From an uncultured Clostridia bacterium (lineage in GTDB: Bacteria > Bacillota > Clostridia > Christensenellales > UBA1242), in contig CAMRSX010000004.1 of assembly GCA_947053595.1 (NCBI GenBank), forward strand, positions 13,711-77,710: a DNA stretch of 64,000 nucleotides, written 5' to 3'. The translations under genes were made by a program, and so were the position numbers. Under the pieces are notes generated by a model that was given only the letters and a program-made list of their open reading frames with translations, did not search any database and was not told the DNA's origin. Every line of letters starts with the position of its first letter. Position 1 is the stretch's first letter. Below are positions 53,854 to 63,684 of the stretch, piece after piece.

Positions 53854-55722
53854 TCAGGTCACCAAAAGCACTGTGTCGCCTTTGTTCAGCATTGTGCCCG
53901 CCGGAGGAAGTTGCTTGACAATGGTTCCGCCGCTGCCGTCAATTTCGCATTCCAACCCCACTTTTTTAAGCTCTAAGATGGCGTCTGTGAGGCTGTAGCC
54001 CGTCACTTGCGGCATAATCACTTGCTCAATCACCACCGATGTGTCATCCTTTGGCATGTCATAAAACTCAAACAGCTGACTGAAGAAGGCTTTGCCATAT
54101 GGCGCAGCAACAATGCTGCCATAATAAGCCCCTGCGCTTGGCTCATCCACCATCACCATAAACAGATATTGCGGCTTGTCGGCTGGATATGTGCCAATGA
54201 AAGAAGAAATGTATTTTCCTTGTGCAATCTGTCCGCCCTCGCCATACTTTTGCGCCGTGCCCGTTTTCCCGCCCACGTTGTAGCCTTCCACAAAGGTGAA
54301 ATCCCCCGTCTTGTTTTCTGCAAACTGCAAAAGTTGATTCACCGTTTTGCTGGTGCTTTCTGAAATTATGCGGTGCTGCTCCACCTTTGGAGTGAAAGTG
54401 ACATTGCCGCCCACATCCACAATCTGCTTAATCACCGTGGGGGTTTTCAGCGTTCCGCCGCCCGTGATGCCTGCCACAATGGAAAGCAGTTGAATTGGCG
54501 TGACGGCGATGGCGTGCCCAAAGCCCATGCGCGCAAGGTCCACCGTTTTAACTTGGCTTTTTGCCATCATGATGCCGCCGCTTTCCCCTTTTATGGTTAT
54601 GCCCGTCTTTTTGCCCAGCCCAAATTTTTGCATATATTCATAAAATCTGTCCACGCCAAGGCGAAGCGCCAAATCCATAAAGCAGCAGTTGCATGAGTTG
54701 GCAAACGCCTCAGTCAATGTCTGGCTGCCGTGCCCAATGGTTTTCCAACACTTAATTCGCTGGCCGTCCACAACCCTAAAGCCGGGGCAATAGAAGCGGT
54801 CAGACAAATTTGTCACGCCCGCTTCCAGTGCGGCTGCCAGCGTGAGAATTTTGAAGGTGGAGCCCGGCTCATATGTGTCTGTGACGGCCTTCATCTTGGA
54901 CTGCTCGAAAAGCTGAGAAAGATTATCTCTTGGCGGAGAGTTGAGGTCGAAGCTTGGCTTGGAAGATATTGCCAAAATCTCACTGGTTTGGGCGTTCATG
55001 ACAATGCCTGTCACCGCCTTTGCCTGTTGCTGGGTGTAAGCCTCCTGCAGCACCCTCTCCATCAAAATTTGAATTTTGCTGTTGACTGTCAGCGTGACAT
55101 TGTCGCCTGCAATGCCGCCAACATAATATCTGATGCTGCCGCCAATTTCTTTGCCCTGCAAATCACTTTGCACATAGGAATATCCATCCGTCCCCACAAG
55201 ATATTTGTCCAAATACGCCTCCAAACCCGCTTGCCCCACGTTGTCCACCGATGAAAAGCCCAAAAGCTGCGTCATCAGATTGCCATAGACATAATATCTT
55301 CCCACATTTTCTGTCAGATAAATTCCGTCCAGTTTGGCGTCATAAATTTGGCTGGCTTTTTCCGCTTCCACCTGAAGCTTCAAAAGCACCTCAGAAACAT
55401 TTTTTTTGGAAACCTTCTCCAGCGTCTTGGGAAAGTCCAAACCCAAAATGGAAGAAAGCACGCTTGCGGTGTGAGTGGGAGAAGTCACTTCTCGCCCACG
55501 CACATAAACATCATAAGTGGTGTAAGAAACCGCCAAACTGTCGCCAGTGGCATCAAAAAAAGAACCTCTTGGCGCAGTCAGTGACAAATCACGCGTCCAC
55601 TGGTCTGTTGCCTTCAGTTGAAGTTCTTTTCCATTGATTATTTGAACAACAAAAAGCCTTAAGCCAAGGCTGCAAACAACAAAAGCAAAAACAAGCAAAA
55701 TTGCTCTGATTCTTTTTTGCAT
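53854..55722 (-). CDS. Class B penicillin-binding protein (FtsI/PBP2B/SpoVD-like) with C-terminal PASTA domain
   Basis: Transpeptidase motifs are STFK (PGSTFK), SxN (NSCN) and KTGT (GGKTGTAQ). The C-terminal PASTA-like segment is VIMPQVTGYSLTDAILELKKVGLECEIDGSGGTIVKQLPPAGTMLNKGDTVLLV. The start is ambiguous: ATG 55722 is chosen, and TTG 55749 after GGAGG is also possible. Confidence 0.9.
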   Translation of the reverse strand: MQKRIRAILLVFAFVVCSLGLRLFVVQIINGKELQLKATDQWTRDLSLTAPRGSFFDATGDSLAVSYTTYDVYVRGREVTSPTHTASVLSSILGLDFPKTLEKVSKKNVSEVLLKLQVEAEKASQIYDAKLDGIYLTENVGRYYVYGNLMTQLLGFSSVDNVGQAGLEAYLDKYLVGTDGYSYVQSDLQGKEIGGSIRYYVGGIAGDNVTLTVNSKIQILMERVLQEAYTQQQAKAVTGIVMNAQTSEILAISSKPSFDLNSPPRDNLSQLFEQSKMKAVTDTYEPGSTFKILTLAAALEAGVTNLSDRFYCPGFRVVDGQRIKCWKTIGHGSQTLTEAFANSCNCCFMDLALRLGVDRFYEYMQKFGLGKKTGITIKGESGGIMMAKSQVKTVDLARMGFGHAIAVTPIQLLSIVAGITGGGTLKTPTVIKQIVDVGGNVTFTPKVEQHRIISESTSKTVNQLLQFAENKTGDFTFVEGYNVGGKTGTAQKYGEGGQIAQGKYISSFIGTYPADKPQYLFMVMVDEPSAGAYYGSIVAAPYGKAFFSQLFEFYDMPKDDTSVVIEQVIMPQVTGYSLTDAILELKKVGLECEIDGSGGTIVKQLPPAGTMLNKGDTVLLVT

Positions 55723-55751
55723 GGAATGTAAAGTGTAGGCTCTTTGCAAAA

Positions 55752-56486
55752 TCAACCTCCAAACAGCCCTCCCAAGAAGTTGCAAAGCTTGTCAAACCAG
55801 TTGGTTTTTTTTCCCAAATCCCCCGCATCCAGCAGCTCTTCTGGATATGTTTCCACCATCTCCATGCTCTTTTTGGTTGCATCCAAATTGCTTATGTTTT
55901 GAAGATATCTTTGCAAATTGAGATGATAAGTGTCTTCCAGTTGAAGGAAAGAGGAGTTCATTTGATCCAAAATGATGGTGTTTGTCACGCACAAAGCTCC
56001 GCAGCCACCAAGTGCCAGCGCCAAAACAAGCGCAGCAGTTTTCTTCTTTTTCACCTTTTTGGAAGCGGAATGATTTTTAAGTTTGACAACCTTCTTGTTC
56101 TCTTCCAGCAAATCCCAGTTGGGCTTTTCAATGACATTTGTGCTTTTTGCACACTTTTCTTGTTGCAAAACTTGCTTTTGCGGTTCTTCTTGCTGTTCTT
56201 GCAAAATTTCCTCTTGCTGCAAACGCTCTTCTTCCAAAAGTTGCTCACGCTGCTCTTTGGCTTGCTGTTCTTGCAAAAGCTGCTCTTCTTTTTTGACGTC
56301 GGCAACAGTGAGGTTTTCAAAGTTGCTTAAGTAGTGCGCGTTTGCCGGAGGAGCCTCTTTCAGCACAACTTCTTTCTGCTTTTCTTCCAGCTTTTCAACT
56401 TGCATTTCTTCCAGTTTTTCAGTTTGTGTTTCAGGCTTTGTTTCGGTTGTTTTTTCCACAAGTGTCTGCGATATAGTCTTGTCCAT
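55752..56486 (-). CDS. FtsL-position bitopic membrane protein with long Q/E-rich N-terminal extension
   Basis: It lies between rsmH and the PBP gene. It has a single TM helix, AALVLALALGGCGALCVTNTIIL, followed by a short extracytoplasmic helical part. The N-terminal ~150 aa are very Q/E/K-rich (EQLLQEQQAKEQREQLLEEERLQQEEILQEQQEE). Confidence 0.6.
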   Translation of the reverse strand: MDKTISQTLVEKTTETKPETQTEKLEEMQVEKLEEKQKEVVLKEAPPANAHYLSNFENLTVADVKKEEQLLQEQQAKEQREQLLEEERLQQEEILQEQQEEPQKQVLQQEKCAKSTNVIEKPNWDLLEENKKVVKLKNHSASKKVKKKKTAALVLALALGGCGALCVTNTIILDQMNSSFLQLEDTYHLNLQRYLQNISNLDATKKSMEMVETYPEELLDAGDLGKKTNWFDKLCNFLGGLFGG

Positions 56487-56601
56487 ATATGTATATTTTC
56501 CTCCTTTGTGCAATATTCAAATTTCAGTGGTTTTTGTGTTCAAACAAGTTGCTTTGGTTTTAAGGAACTTTTGAAAGGGTTACTTTGCCTCCATAGTTCC
56601 A

Positions 56602-57537
56602 TCAGATCTTTTCCACAATTCTCAACTTTGCGCAGGTGCTGCGGCTGTTTTGCTTTTGCTCTGCTTCACTTGCCGTGATTGGCTTTCTGCAAATCAGCTT
56701 CACGCTTGCCTTATGCTTGCAAATGCAAATTGGAATTTTTGGCGGACAGATGCAATTGGTGGATTCCAGCTTAAAAACATTTTTGACAATGCGGTCTTCA
56801 AGGCTGTGAAATGTCAGAACGCAACCTCTGCCGTTTGAATTTAACATCTCAAGCATCTCTTGCAAAAAGGTGTCCAAACCTGTCAACTCACCATTGACAA
56901 AAATGCGCAGCGCTTGAAACACTTTTTTGGACGCTCCGCCGCGCGAAAACACCACTTTTTTTGGCATGCTGTTTTCCACAATTTCTTTCAGCTGAAAAGT
57001 GGTGAAAATTTCTTGAGTTTGCCTTGCCTTCACAATGTTTTGGGCAATGCTTTTGGCAAACTCTTCTTCGCCAAACTCATAAAACATCTGCATAAGCTGC
57101 TGTTGCGAAAAAGTGTTGACAATTTCCTTGGCAGTGACAACATCTTCTGTTTTGTCCATGCGCATATCCAGCTGCCCGTCGTGCACAAAAGAGAAGCCGC
57201 GGCTGCCTTCATCAATCTGAAAAGAGCTGACGCCCAAGTCCACCAAGAAGCCGTCAATTTTGTCAATGCCCATCTGCTGCAAAACGGAAGGGGCATTTTT
57301 ATAGTTATCCTTGATGATTGTCACTTTGTCAAGATGCTTTTCCAGCGTTTGGCTTGCCTTGGCAACTGCATCGGCGTCGCGGTCAAAGGCAAAAAGATGT
57401 CCGCTTTTCAGGCGCCCCGCAATTTGCAAAGAATGCCCACCGCCGCCAACTGTGCAATCCACATAAATTCCGTCTTCTTTGATGTTGAGCCCTTCAATCA
57501 CCTCTTCCAGCATGACAGGTGTGTGTTTAAATTCCAC
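56602..57537 (-). CDS. rsmH: 16S rRNA (cytosine1402-N4)-methyltransferase RsmH (MraW)
   Basis: HTPVMLEEV and the SAM motif DCTVGGGGHS, with FHSLEDRIVK. GTG start after AAGGAGA. Confidence 0.92.
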   Translation of the reverse strand: MEFKHTPVMLEEVIEGLNIKEDGIYVDCTVGGGGHSLQIAGRLKSGHLFAFDRDADAVAKASQTLEKHLDKVTIIKDNYKNAPSVLQQMGIDKIDGFLVDLGVSSFQIDEGSRGFSFVHDGQLDMRMDKTEDVVTAKEIVNTFSQQQLMQMFYEFGEEEFAKSIAQNIVKARQTQEIFTTFQLKEIVENSMPKKVVFSRGGASKKVFQALRIFVNGELTGLDTFLQEMLEMLNSNGRGCVLTFHSLEDRIVKNVFKLESTNCICPPKIPICICKHKASVKLICRKPITASEAEQKQNSRSTCAKLRIVEKI

Positions 57538-57662
57538 GCGTTCTCCTTTTTTTTCTTGTTTTTTTAGTTTAACACAAAAGTTTGACTTTTCAAATTAAAA
57601 TCTTGATGTTTTTGCTGCCAAAACAAAAAAGAGCAGATTTTTCCGCCCTTTTTGTGTGTTTT

Positions 57663-60600
57663 TCAGTTGTTTCCAGCCGAAATGCCCAGCAGTTTGAAGA
57701 TGGCATCCGAAAGCCCTTCTTCGTCTGCAAACGCCATGTTGATGGCTGTGATGACATTTTGGTTTGTCTTGTCCGCCTCGGTGATGAAGTCATAAACCCC
57801 TTCGCGGCCGTCAATGACATCTGCCAGTTTGATAATCAACTCTGTTTTGTCAACGCTTTCGTCCAACTGATTGAAGCTTGCCTGCAAGCCATTCACAAAC
57901 GCTTCAACATTTTCTTTGGTGTTGAGTTCGGCAATTGGTGGCATGTTGTCCAAAAGTGCCTTTGCAAGGCTGACAACATCGTCCAGTCCAGCCAAGATTG
58001 AAGCATAATCGGTGGTGTAATATTCTTGGAAGTTGTTTTCGTCCGAAAGGTTGAGCAGTTCGTTGATTTCGTTGGTGTTTGGATTTGGCTGATTGGTGCC
58101 ATAGTCCACACCATTGATGCTTTTTCCGGTGAGATACCAAATCAAGTTTGCAAACACATTGTTAAACACGCCGTCCTTGGTGCCGTTGGCAACGCCGTCA
58201 TCTGTTTGGTCGTTGAACGCATTGTCTTTCAAGATGTTCAACATCTGTCCAATCACTTCCAGTTTCAACTCTTGCATGTTGGCGCCAACAGTGGATTCCA
58301 TAATCTCACAAATTGTCTTGATGGTTTGAGTTTTTGTTGCCTGAAGGTTGGAAAGATTGGTGTTTGGATTTACGCCCGTCAAGCTTTGGATGGAATTGTC
58401 AATTTGCGCAAACACATCCTCAACAAGTGGAGCAAAAGCTTTGGAATCAAACACTGGCTGCAAAATTTCTTCCATCGCGTTGCTTTCCACCATGGCGTTT
58501 AAGAGGGTTTCTAAATTGAAGTTGTCTGACAAAACATATTTGAGGAAGGTTTTCTTTTCAGTGCTCCCTTGTGTTGTCACTTCAATTTCGCCTTGATTGA
58601 GCGCATTGATTGTTCTGCCCAAAAGCGTCAGTTCAGTTCTCCAAGTTGCAAGTGAATTTTCTGCCTTCACGCCTGAGAAGTCCAACAGGGTTATGCTTTC
58701 TGCCAAATAGTCCACAATCTGATTGAAAACCATGTCTTTAAGGGTTTTGCCGTTGATGTTCACTTTTTCAAGTTGATAGAACGGTGTTAAAATTTTTGCA
58801 AACAAGTCTTCTTCCGTTTTGAGAGTGTCCAGCATTGTGTCAATCAAAGTGTCCATCTGAACGTTTTCAAAGTTCAAAAGCCCAAACTGCTGCGCCTTTG
58901 CAATAGGCACCGACAAAAAGTCAAACAAATGCGAATAGGTTTTGATTTCTTCGCTTTCAGTTGAGTCGTCTTTATACACCTTGTCGCCCAAAAGCGTGAA
59001 GTTGTAAGCTGACAAAACGTTGTCCAACACATACACTGGCTGTGGCCTTGTTTCAGTTTGAGGAAGCACAAAAATTTCCAGTTCTCTGAAGGTGTCCAAA
59101 ACTGCGCCCAACTGCTTTAATGCCTTTTGCAAATTTGGAATTTCATTCAGTTTTTCAAGCAAGTTTTTTGTCTTCACCAGTTCTGAAAGGTTTACGCTGT
59201 CATTAAGCGCCACCAGCTGATTGAAACCGCCCAAAAGTTCGTCCACCAGTTTGTCTTTGTCTATGTTGGAGTTGAGAGAAACTTCCAAGTTGTCTTTGTT
59301 TATTGCTTTTTCCAATTCTGTGGAAGCAAGGTTGCAAATTGGTGAGAAGCAATCGCTTACAAGGTTAAGTTTGAAAAACTCTTTGCCCATTGCTTGCACG
59401 CTTTGCATGTTGCTTTGTTTGCCTTCCTCTCCTTGTGGAACATCTTCTTTCAGCACAATTTCCATGATGTCCCAAACATCAGTGCTTTGCCCCGCTTGAA
59501 CATCTTTCAAAATGTCGCTTTTAAACAATATGTCTGCAATGTCCAAAAGTTTCATTATGTCGTTTTTCAGATATTCAAACATATTGAAGTTTTCTTCGGC
59601 AACTTTTGCTTTAAGCGCAAGCATAAACTCGTCCAAAACTTGGGTGGATGGTGCGCTTGGTGTGCTTTCTTCTGGCACATCACCTTCTTCCACCTGCTGC
59701 GCGCTGGAATTTTCTTCCTGCGCTGGCTGATAGTTTTCAATATAACTTTTTGCTGTGTCTGAAATAAGTTTCTTAAACAGTCCGCCATCCAAAATCTTTT
59801 CAATGGCAACTTTCAGTTGTGTCAAATCAATATTCTCAAAGTTTCCACTGCCCACGTTGTTGGCAACTTGCGCCACTTGGTCATATGTCTTGGCAATTTC
59901 CAAGCCTTCTTTTCTTAACTTAACATTTTCATTATCCAGTTTCACTCTGGAAAGCCCATCAAAAATGGCATAGTCAATTTTGGAAACATGCACAACTTTT
60001 CCAATTGCGCAGTTATTATAAGCCGTCAACATTTCGTCCACAAAGTCTGGAACATTATTTTTGACAACTTCAGACAGGCTTGGAAGGGTTCCAAAGTGCT
60101 GTTCTTCTTCCATAGCCGCTGTTTGCGCTTGACTTTGGGCAACATATGTCACCTCTTCATAGGTTTTTGTCAGCGCCGTGATTGGGCAAAACATCACAAC
60201 CAAAATAAAGAAGCCTTCCACCATGCCAACCATTCCGCCAACCAAACGGCGAGGCTTGTGCTCTTTGAAATCTTTCTTTTTCTTTCCAAAAGCAATTCTT
60301 GCAACAATGGCATACACAATGTCCAAAAAGATGCAAACCAAAATGGTGACAAAAATGAAGAGAATTGGCGAAACAATGGCAGCAGGCAACTTTTGCACAA
60401 ACTGGGAGGCGGTGCCGCCCAACGATGTCAAATCAAACTGGCTGGCAATTTGATTGAGAATGTATTGCTGAAGCGTTTCGCCGCCCGTGAAGCCTGCCCT
60501 TATGCCCAAAATGGCAGTTGCAATCACTCTGGTAACCGAAAACGCCACCAGCACGCTTACGCCAAAAAAGACAGCGTGAAGAGCCGACCTCTTCCACCCT

Positions 60601-60686
60601 GTCACTGCTCCGGCAAGAAAGCCAAACAGCACAAAAAGCAAGAAAACTCCAATGCTTGCCCAAAGAAAAATTGTTGTCATAATCAA
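57663..60686 (-). CDS. 1007-aa membrane protein: CvpA-like N-terminal TM domain plus a long helical soluble region
   Basis: The N-terminal ~170 aa hold 4 TM helices resembling the CvpA family (IFLWASIGVFLLFVLFGFLAGAVTGWKRSALHAVFFGVSVLVAFSV...). The remaining ~830 aa are acidic/helical with no recognisable motif. Confidence 0.6.
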   Translation of the reverse strand: MIMTTIFLWASIGVFLLFVLFGFLAGAVTGWKRSALHAVFFGVSVLVAFSVTRVIATAILGIRAGFTGGETLQQYILNQIASQFDLTSLGGTASQFVQKLPAAIVSPILFIFVTILVCIFLDIVYAIVARIAFGKKKKDFKEHKPRRLVGGMVGMVEGFFILVVMFCPITALTKTYEEVTYVAQSQAQTAAMEEEQHFGTLPSLSEVVKNNVPDFVDEMLTAYNNCAIGKVVHVSKIDYAIFDGLSRVKLDNENVKLRKEGLEIAKTYDQVAQVANNVGSGNFENIDLTQLKVAIEKILDGGLFKKLISDTAKSYIENYQPAQEENSSAQQVEEGDVPEESTPSAPSTQVLDEFMLALKAKVAEENFNMFEYLKNDIMKLLDIADILFKSDILKDVQAGQSTDVWDIMEIVLKEDVPQGEEGKQSNMQSVQAMGKEFFKLNLVSDCFSPICNLASTELEKAINKDNLEVSLNSNIDKDKLVDELLGGFNQLVALNDSVNLSELVKTKNLLEKLNEIPNLQKALKQLGAVLDTFRELEIFVLPQTETRPQPVYVLDNVLSAYNFTLLGDKVYKDDSTESEEIKTYSHLFDFLSVPIAKAQQFGLLNFENVQMDTLIDTMLDTLKTEEDLFAKILTPFYQLEKVNINGKTLKDMVFNQIVDYLAESITLLDFSGVKAENSLATWRTELTLLGRTINALNQGEIEVTTQGSTEKKTFLKYVLSDNFNLETLLNAMVESNAMEEILQPVFDSKAFAPLVEDVFAQIDNSIQSLTGVNPNTNLSNLQATKTQTIKTICEIMESTVGANMQELKLEVIGQMLNILKDNAFNDQTDDGVANGTKDGVFNNVFANLIWYLTGKSINGVDYGTNQPNPNTNEINELLNLSDENNFQEYYTTDYASILAGLDDVVSLAKALLDNMPPIAELNTKENVEAFVNGLQASFNQLDESVDKTELIIKLADVIDGREGVYDFITEADKTNQNVITAINMAFADEEGLSDAIFKLLGISAGNN

Positions 60687-60816
60687 AACCCCTTTAACTT
60701 ATGTGAATTTGCTTTGTTATTTATGTTTTTATTTTACATCAACTTGCATTTTTTAGCAAGAAATTTTGCTGCCCTTCACCTGCCCCCGCTTGCCCTTTTT
60801 TGCCAATCGACAAAAT

Positions 60817-61896
60817 TCAGCAAATTTTTCCGTCCACAACATTGAAAAGTTTGCCATCAAGCTGCCTTTCGTCTGTGCAGGTGATGAACGTTTGCGTGCG
60901 TCCAACAAACTTCAAAAGCCGCTTTTGCCTTTCGGTGTCAAGCTCTGAGAACACATCATCCAGCAGAAGGATGGGATATTCCCCCGAAATTTGTTTCATG
61001 TTTTCCAGCTCTGCCAGTTTTAAGGAAAGGGCAACAGTGCGCTGCTGACCTTGCGAGCCAAAGTTTTTCACTTCCACGCCATTTAAGAAGATGTCGATGT
61101 CGTCCCTATGCACTCCAAGGGTGGTGAAGCCAAGACGAAAATCTTTTTCCAAATTTTTCTTCAAAAGCTTGTCCATGTTTTTTTCAAAAGCTTCATCCAA
61201 AGTCACGCCGCATCCGCACTTATAAGCCAGCAAAAGTTCTTCCTTTCCGCCGCTTAAAAAGCTGTGAGCCTTCTGCGAAAATGGCAAAATTTGCGAAATG
61301 AAGTTGTTTCTTTCAAACGCCAAAAATTTTGCGGAAGAAATCAGCGCTCTGTCCCAAATGTCCACAGTTTCTTTCAGGCTGTCAAGCGTTTTGCTGGTTT
61401 TGAGAAGCTTGTTTCGGTTTGCCAAAATGCGCTCATATCTTGAAAGCTGATAAAAATATCTTTTGTTGTTTTGACAGATGTCAATGTCCATAAACTTTCG
61501 GCGTTCTTCTGGGCTTTCACGCACCAGCCTCATCTCCCCCGGAGAAAAAAACACAATGTTAACTTCGCCAATAAGCTCGGCAATTTTTTTGATTGGAATG
61601 TCGTTTATGCAGACGCTCTTTTTCTTTGCCTTGGAAAGTTTGATGTCAATTTTCACATCCCGATATTTCTTTTGCACCAAAAGCTGAATGGAAGAAAAGT
61701 CGCTTTGCCAATTAATCATCTCTTTGTCTTTGCACACCTTGAAACTTTTTCCAATGGCGGCAAGAAAAATGCTTTCAAGCAAGTTTGTCTTTCCTTGGGC
61801 ATTTTTGCCAATGAAGACATTCACCTTCTCGTCAAAGTCCACCTCTGCAGAAGTATAGTTTCTGAAATTTTTGATTTTAAGCGATTTAATTTTCAC
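60817..61896 (-). CDS. recF: DNA replication and repair protein RecF
   Basis: Walker A GKNAQGKTNLLE, SMC-like signature SQGQQRTVALSLKLAE and Walker B ILLLDDVFSELD. 359 aa. Confidence 0.93.
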   Translation of the reverse strand: MKIKSLKIKNFRNYTSAEVDFDEKVNVFIGKNAQGKTNLLESIFLAAIGKSFKVCKDKEMINWQSDFSSIQLLVQKKYRDVKIDIKLSKAKKKSVCINDIPIKKIAELIGEVNIVFFSPGEMRLVRESPEERRKFMDIDICQNNKRYFYQLSRYERILANRNKLLKTSKTLDSLKETVDIWDRALISSAKFLAFERNNFISQILPFSQKAHSFLSGGKEELLLAYKCGCGVTLDEAFEKNMDKLLKKNLEKDFRLGFTTLGVHRDDIDIFLNGVEVKNFGSQGQQRTVALSLKLAELENMKQISGEYPILLLDDVFSELDTERQKRLLKFVGRTQTFITCTDERQLDGKLFNVVDGKIC

Positions 61897-61936
61897 CCTT
61901 ATATTTTAACACAAATTTTAAACATTTCAAAGTTGC

Positions 61937-61966
61937 TTGACAATTTATTTTGTTTTATTTTATAAT
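61937..61966 (+). promoter_or_regulatory. dnaA promoter
   Basis: TTGACA (61937..61942), an 18-nt spacer, TATAAT (61961..61966). Confidence 0.7.
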
Positions 61967-62007
61967 TTTTCCATGAAAGCCACTTTGGTTTTTTTTAATG
62001 GGAGAAA

Positions 62008-63351
62008 ATGATGCAAGAAATTTCTGTTTTATGGCAACAAATTTTGGAGAAGCTTGAACTTAGGGTGTCGTCCGTTTCATATATGCTTTGGATTAAAACC
62101 ATCAAGCCAATTGAAATTGACGAAAAAGACAACCTCATTCTTGCTGCACAATCGGTTTCTGCAAAAAATCAAATTTTGCGCAACTTCATCGACAAAATTG
62201 GCGACTGCTGCTTTGAAGTGGTGGGCAAGCCCTTCAAAATTGTGGTGCTGGACCAAAATGAAGAGATTGAGTATCTCAAAAACAACAAAGTGGAAGAAAA
62301 AAATGTGTCTGCCAACGAAGAGAAAAACCCTTTTGTGGAAAAGTTCACCTTTGACAACTTTGTGGTGGGAAAAAGCAATCAGTTTGTTTATGCGGCTGCA
62401 CGCACCGTTGCGGAAAACCCAGGAAAAAGGTATAATCCGCTGTTCATCTATGGCGGCGTGGGGCTGGGAAAAACTCACCTGTTGCACTCCATTGGCAACT
62501 ATCTCCGCCAATTTTCTCCCGATTTGAAAATCATGTATGTAACCTGCGAGCAGTTCACCAACGACTATATCTCCTCTTTATATTCTCCCACAAAAAACAA
62601 GGCAATCATGGAGTTTAGGGGAAAATATCGCAAGCTGGACGTGCTGATGGTGGATGACATTCAGGGCATCTCCAACAAAAAAGAAACGCAAGAAGAGTTT
62701 TTCAACACTTTCAACGAGCTTATGCTTTCCAACAAGCAAGTCATCATCTGTTCTGACCGCCCACCAAAAGAAATTGCCACACTGGAAGAAAGGCTGCGCT
62801 CTCGCTTTTCGATGGGGCTGATTCATGACATTCAGCAGCCAGACATCGAAACCCGAATTGCCATCCTTCACAAAAAGAGTCAGCTGGAAAAATATTATGC
62901 AGAAGATGAGGTGATTAACTATATTGCCGAGCAAGTTGACACCAACATCAGAGAGCTGGAAGGAAAGCTGAGTGAAGTTTACTTCTTGGCAACCCTCTCT
63001 GGAAAGAAAGTTGCCACCATGGAAGAAGTGGAAGACATCTTCACAAATCAGAAAGAAGAGCACAAAAACGAGCTTTCTCCTGACAAAATCATCTCGGTGG
63101 TGTGTGACTATTTCAACATTTCTTACAACGACATTGTGGGCAAGAAGAAAAATAAAGAGATTGTGGAACCAAGAATGATTGCCATATATCTCATCAGCGA
63201 AATCCTAAACCTTCCACTTGTCAACATTGGCAAGCTGTTTGGCGGAAGAGACCACACCACAATCATGCACTCAAGGGACAAAATCACTGAAGAAATCAAG
63301 TTCAACAAGAAAACTCAAACTCTTGTAAACGAAATCAAAAAAAGCCTATGA
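62008..63351 (+). CDS. dnaA: Chromosomal replication initiator protein DnaA
   Basis: Walker A GGVGLGKTHLL, box VII/sensor region, and the C-terminal DNA-binding signature GGRDHTTIMHSRDKI. The start may be the second ATG (62011), given the GGGAG spacing. Confidence 0.95.
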   Translation: MMQEISVLWQQILEKLELRVSSVSYMLWIKTIKPIEIDEKDNLILAAQSVSAKNQILRNFIDKIGDCCFEVVGKPFKIVVLDQNEEIEYLKNNKVEEKNVSANEEKNPFVEKFTFDNFVVGKSNQFVYAAARTVAENPGKRYNPLFIYGGVGLGKTHLLHSIGNYLRQFSPDLKIMYVTCEQFTNDYISSLYSPTKNKAIMEFRGKYRKLDVLMVDDIQGISNKKETQEEFFNTFNELMLSNKQVIICSDRPPKEIATLEERLRSRFSMGLIHDIQQPDIETRIAILHKKSQLEKYYAEDEVINYIAEQVDTNIRELEGKLSEVYFLATLSGKKVATMEEVEDIFTNQKEEHKNELSPDKIISVVCDYFNISYNDIVGKKKNKEIVEPRMIAIYLISEILNLPLVNIGKLFGGRDHTTIMHSRDKITEEIKFNKKTQTLVNEIKKSL

Positions 63352-63375
63352 CAACAATTTTGCCATAGGCTTTTT
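63337..63375 (+). terminator. Hairpin/terminator after dnaA
   Basis: AGCCTATG-acaacaattttgc-CATAGGCT followed by T5. The dnaA stop codon is inside the stem. Confidence 0.65.
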
Positions 63376-63378
63376 AAG

Positions 63379-63441
63379 TTATCAACATTTTTCTTGTGCA
63401 TGTGGACAACCTTGCCACACTTGTCCACAACCTTATCCACA
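63379..63441. other. DnaA-box cluster (oriC candidate, dnaA-dnaN spacer)
   Basis: TTATCAACA (63379), TGTGGACAA (63401, reverse orientation), TTGTCCACA (63421) and a perfect TTATCCACA (63433). Consensus is TTATCCACA. Confidence 0.8.
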
Positions 63442-63550
63442 ACATCCGTCTCTCCCCTCACACAACATACAGAGCAATTACCTTCCCAAAAGCACAACAT
63501 CTTCCGCTTTCAGCCAATTTTTTGAAAGTTATGCACAATTCCACAGCCCC

Positions 63551-63597
63551 TTATTATGAGTATTATTACATAAAAAATAGAATAAAAAACTTAATAG
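63551..63597. other. AT-rich stretch, candidate DNA unwinding element
   Basis: ttattatgagtattattacataaaaaatagaataaaaaacttaatag lies ~110 nt downstream of the DnaA boxes and upstream of the dnaN promoter. Confidence 0.5.
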
Positions 63598-63655
63598 AGG
63601 GCGCCCAAGCACAAAAAAAAATCCTTCAAAATTTCTCAAATTTTAACATAATTGT

Positions 63656-63684
63656 TTGAAATATTCCTTGAGTTGTGTTATAAT
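63656..63684 (+). promoter_or_regulatory. dnaN promoter (extended -10)
   Basis: TTGAAA (63656..63661), a 17-nt spacer, then TG-T-TATAAT (hexamer 63679..63684). RBS AGGAG is at 63701. Confidence 0.7.

Noticed and set aside
59988-60845. 285-aa plus-strand ORF antisense to the 5' part of the 1007-aa gene.
   Set aside because: It is a shadow ORF. The minus-strand product has coherent TM helices at exactly this position.
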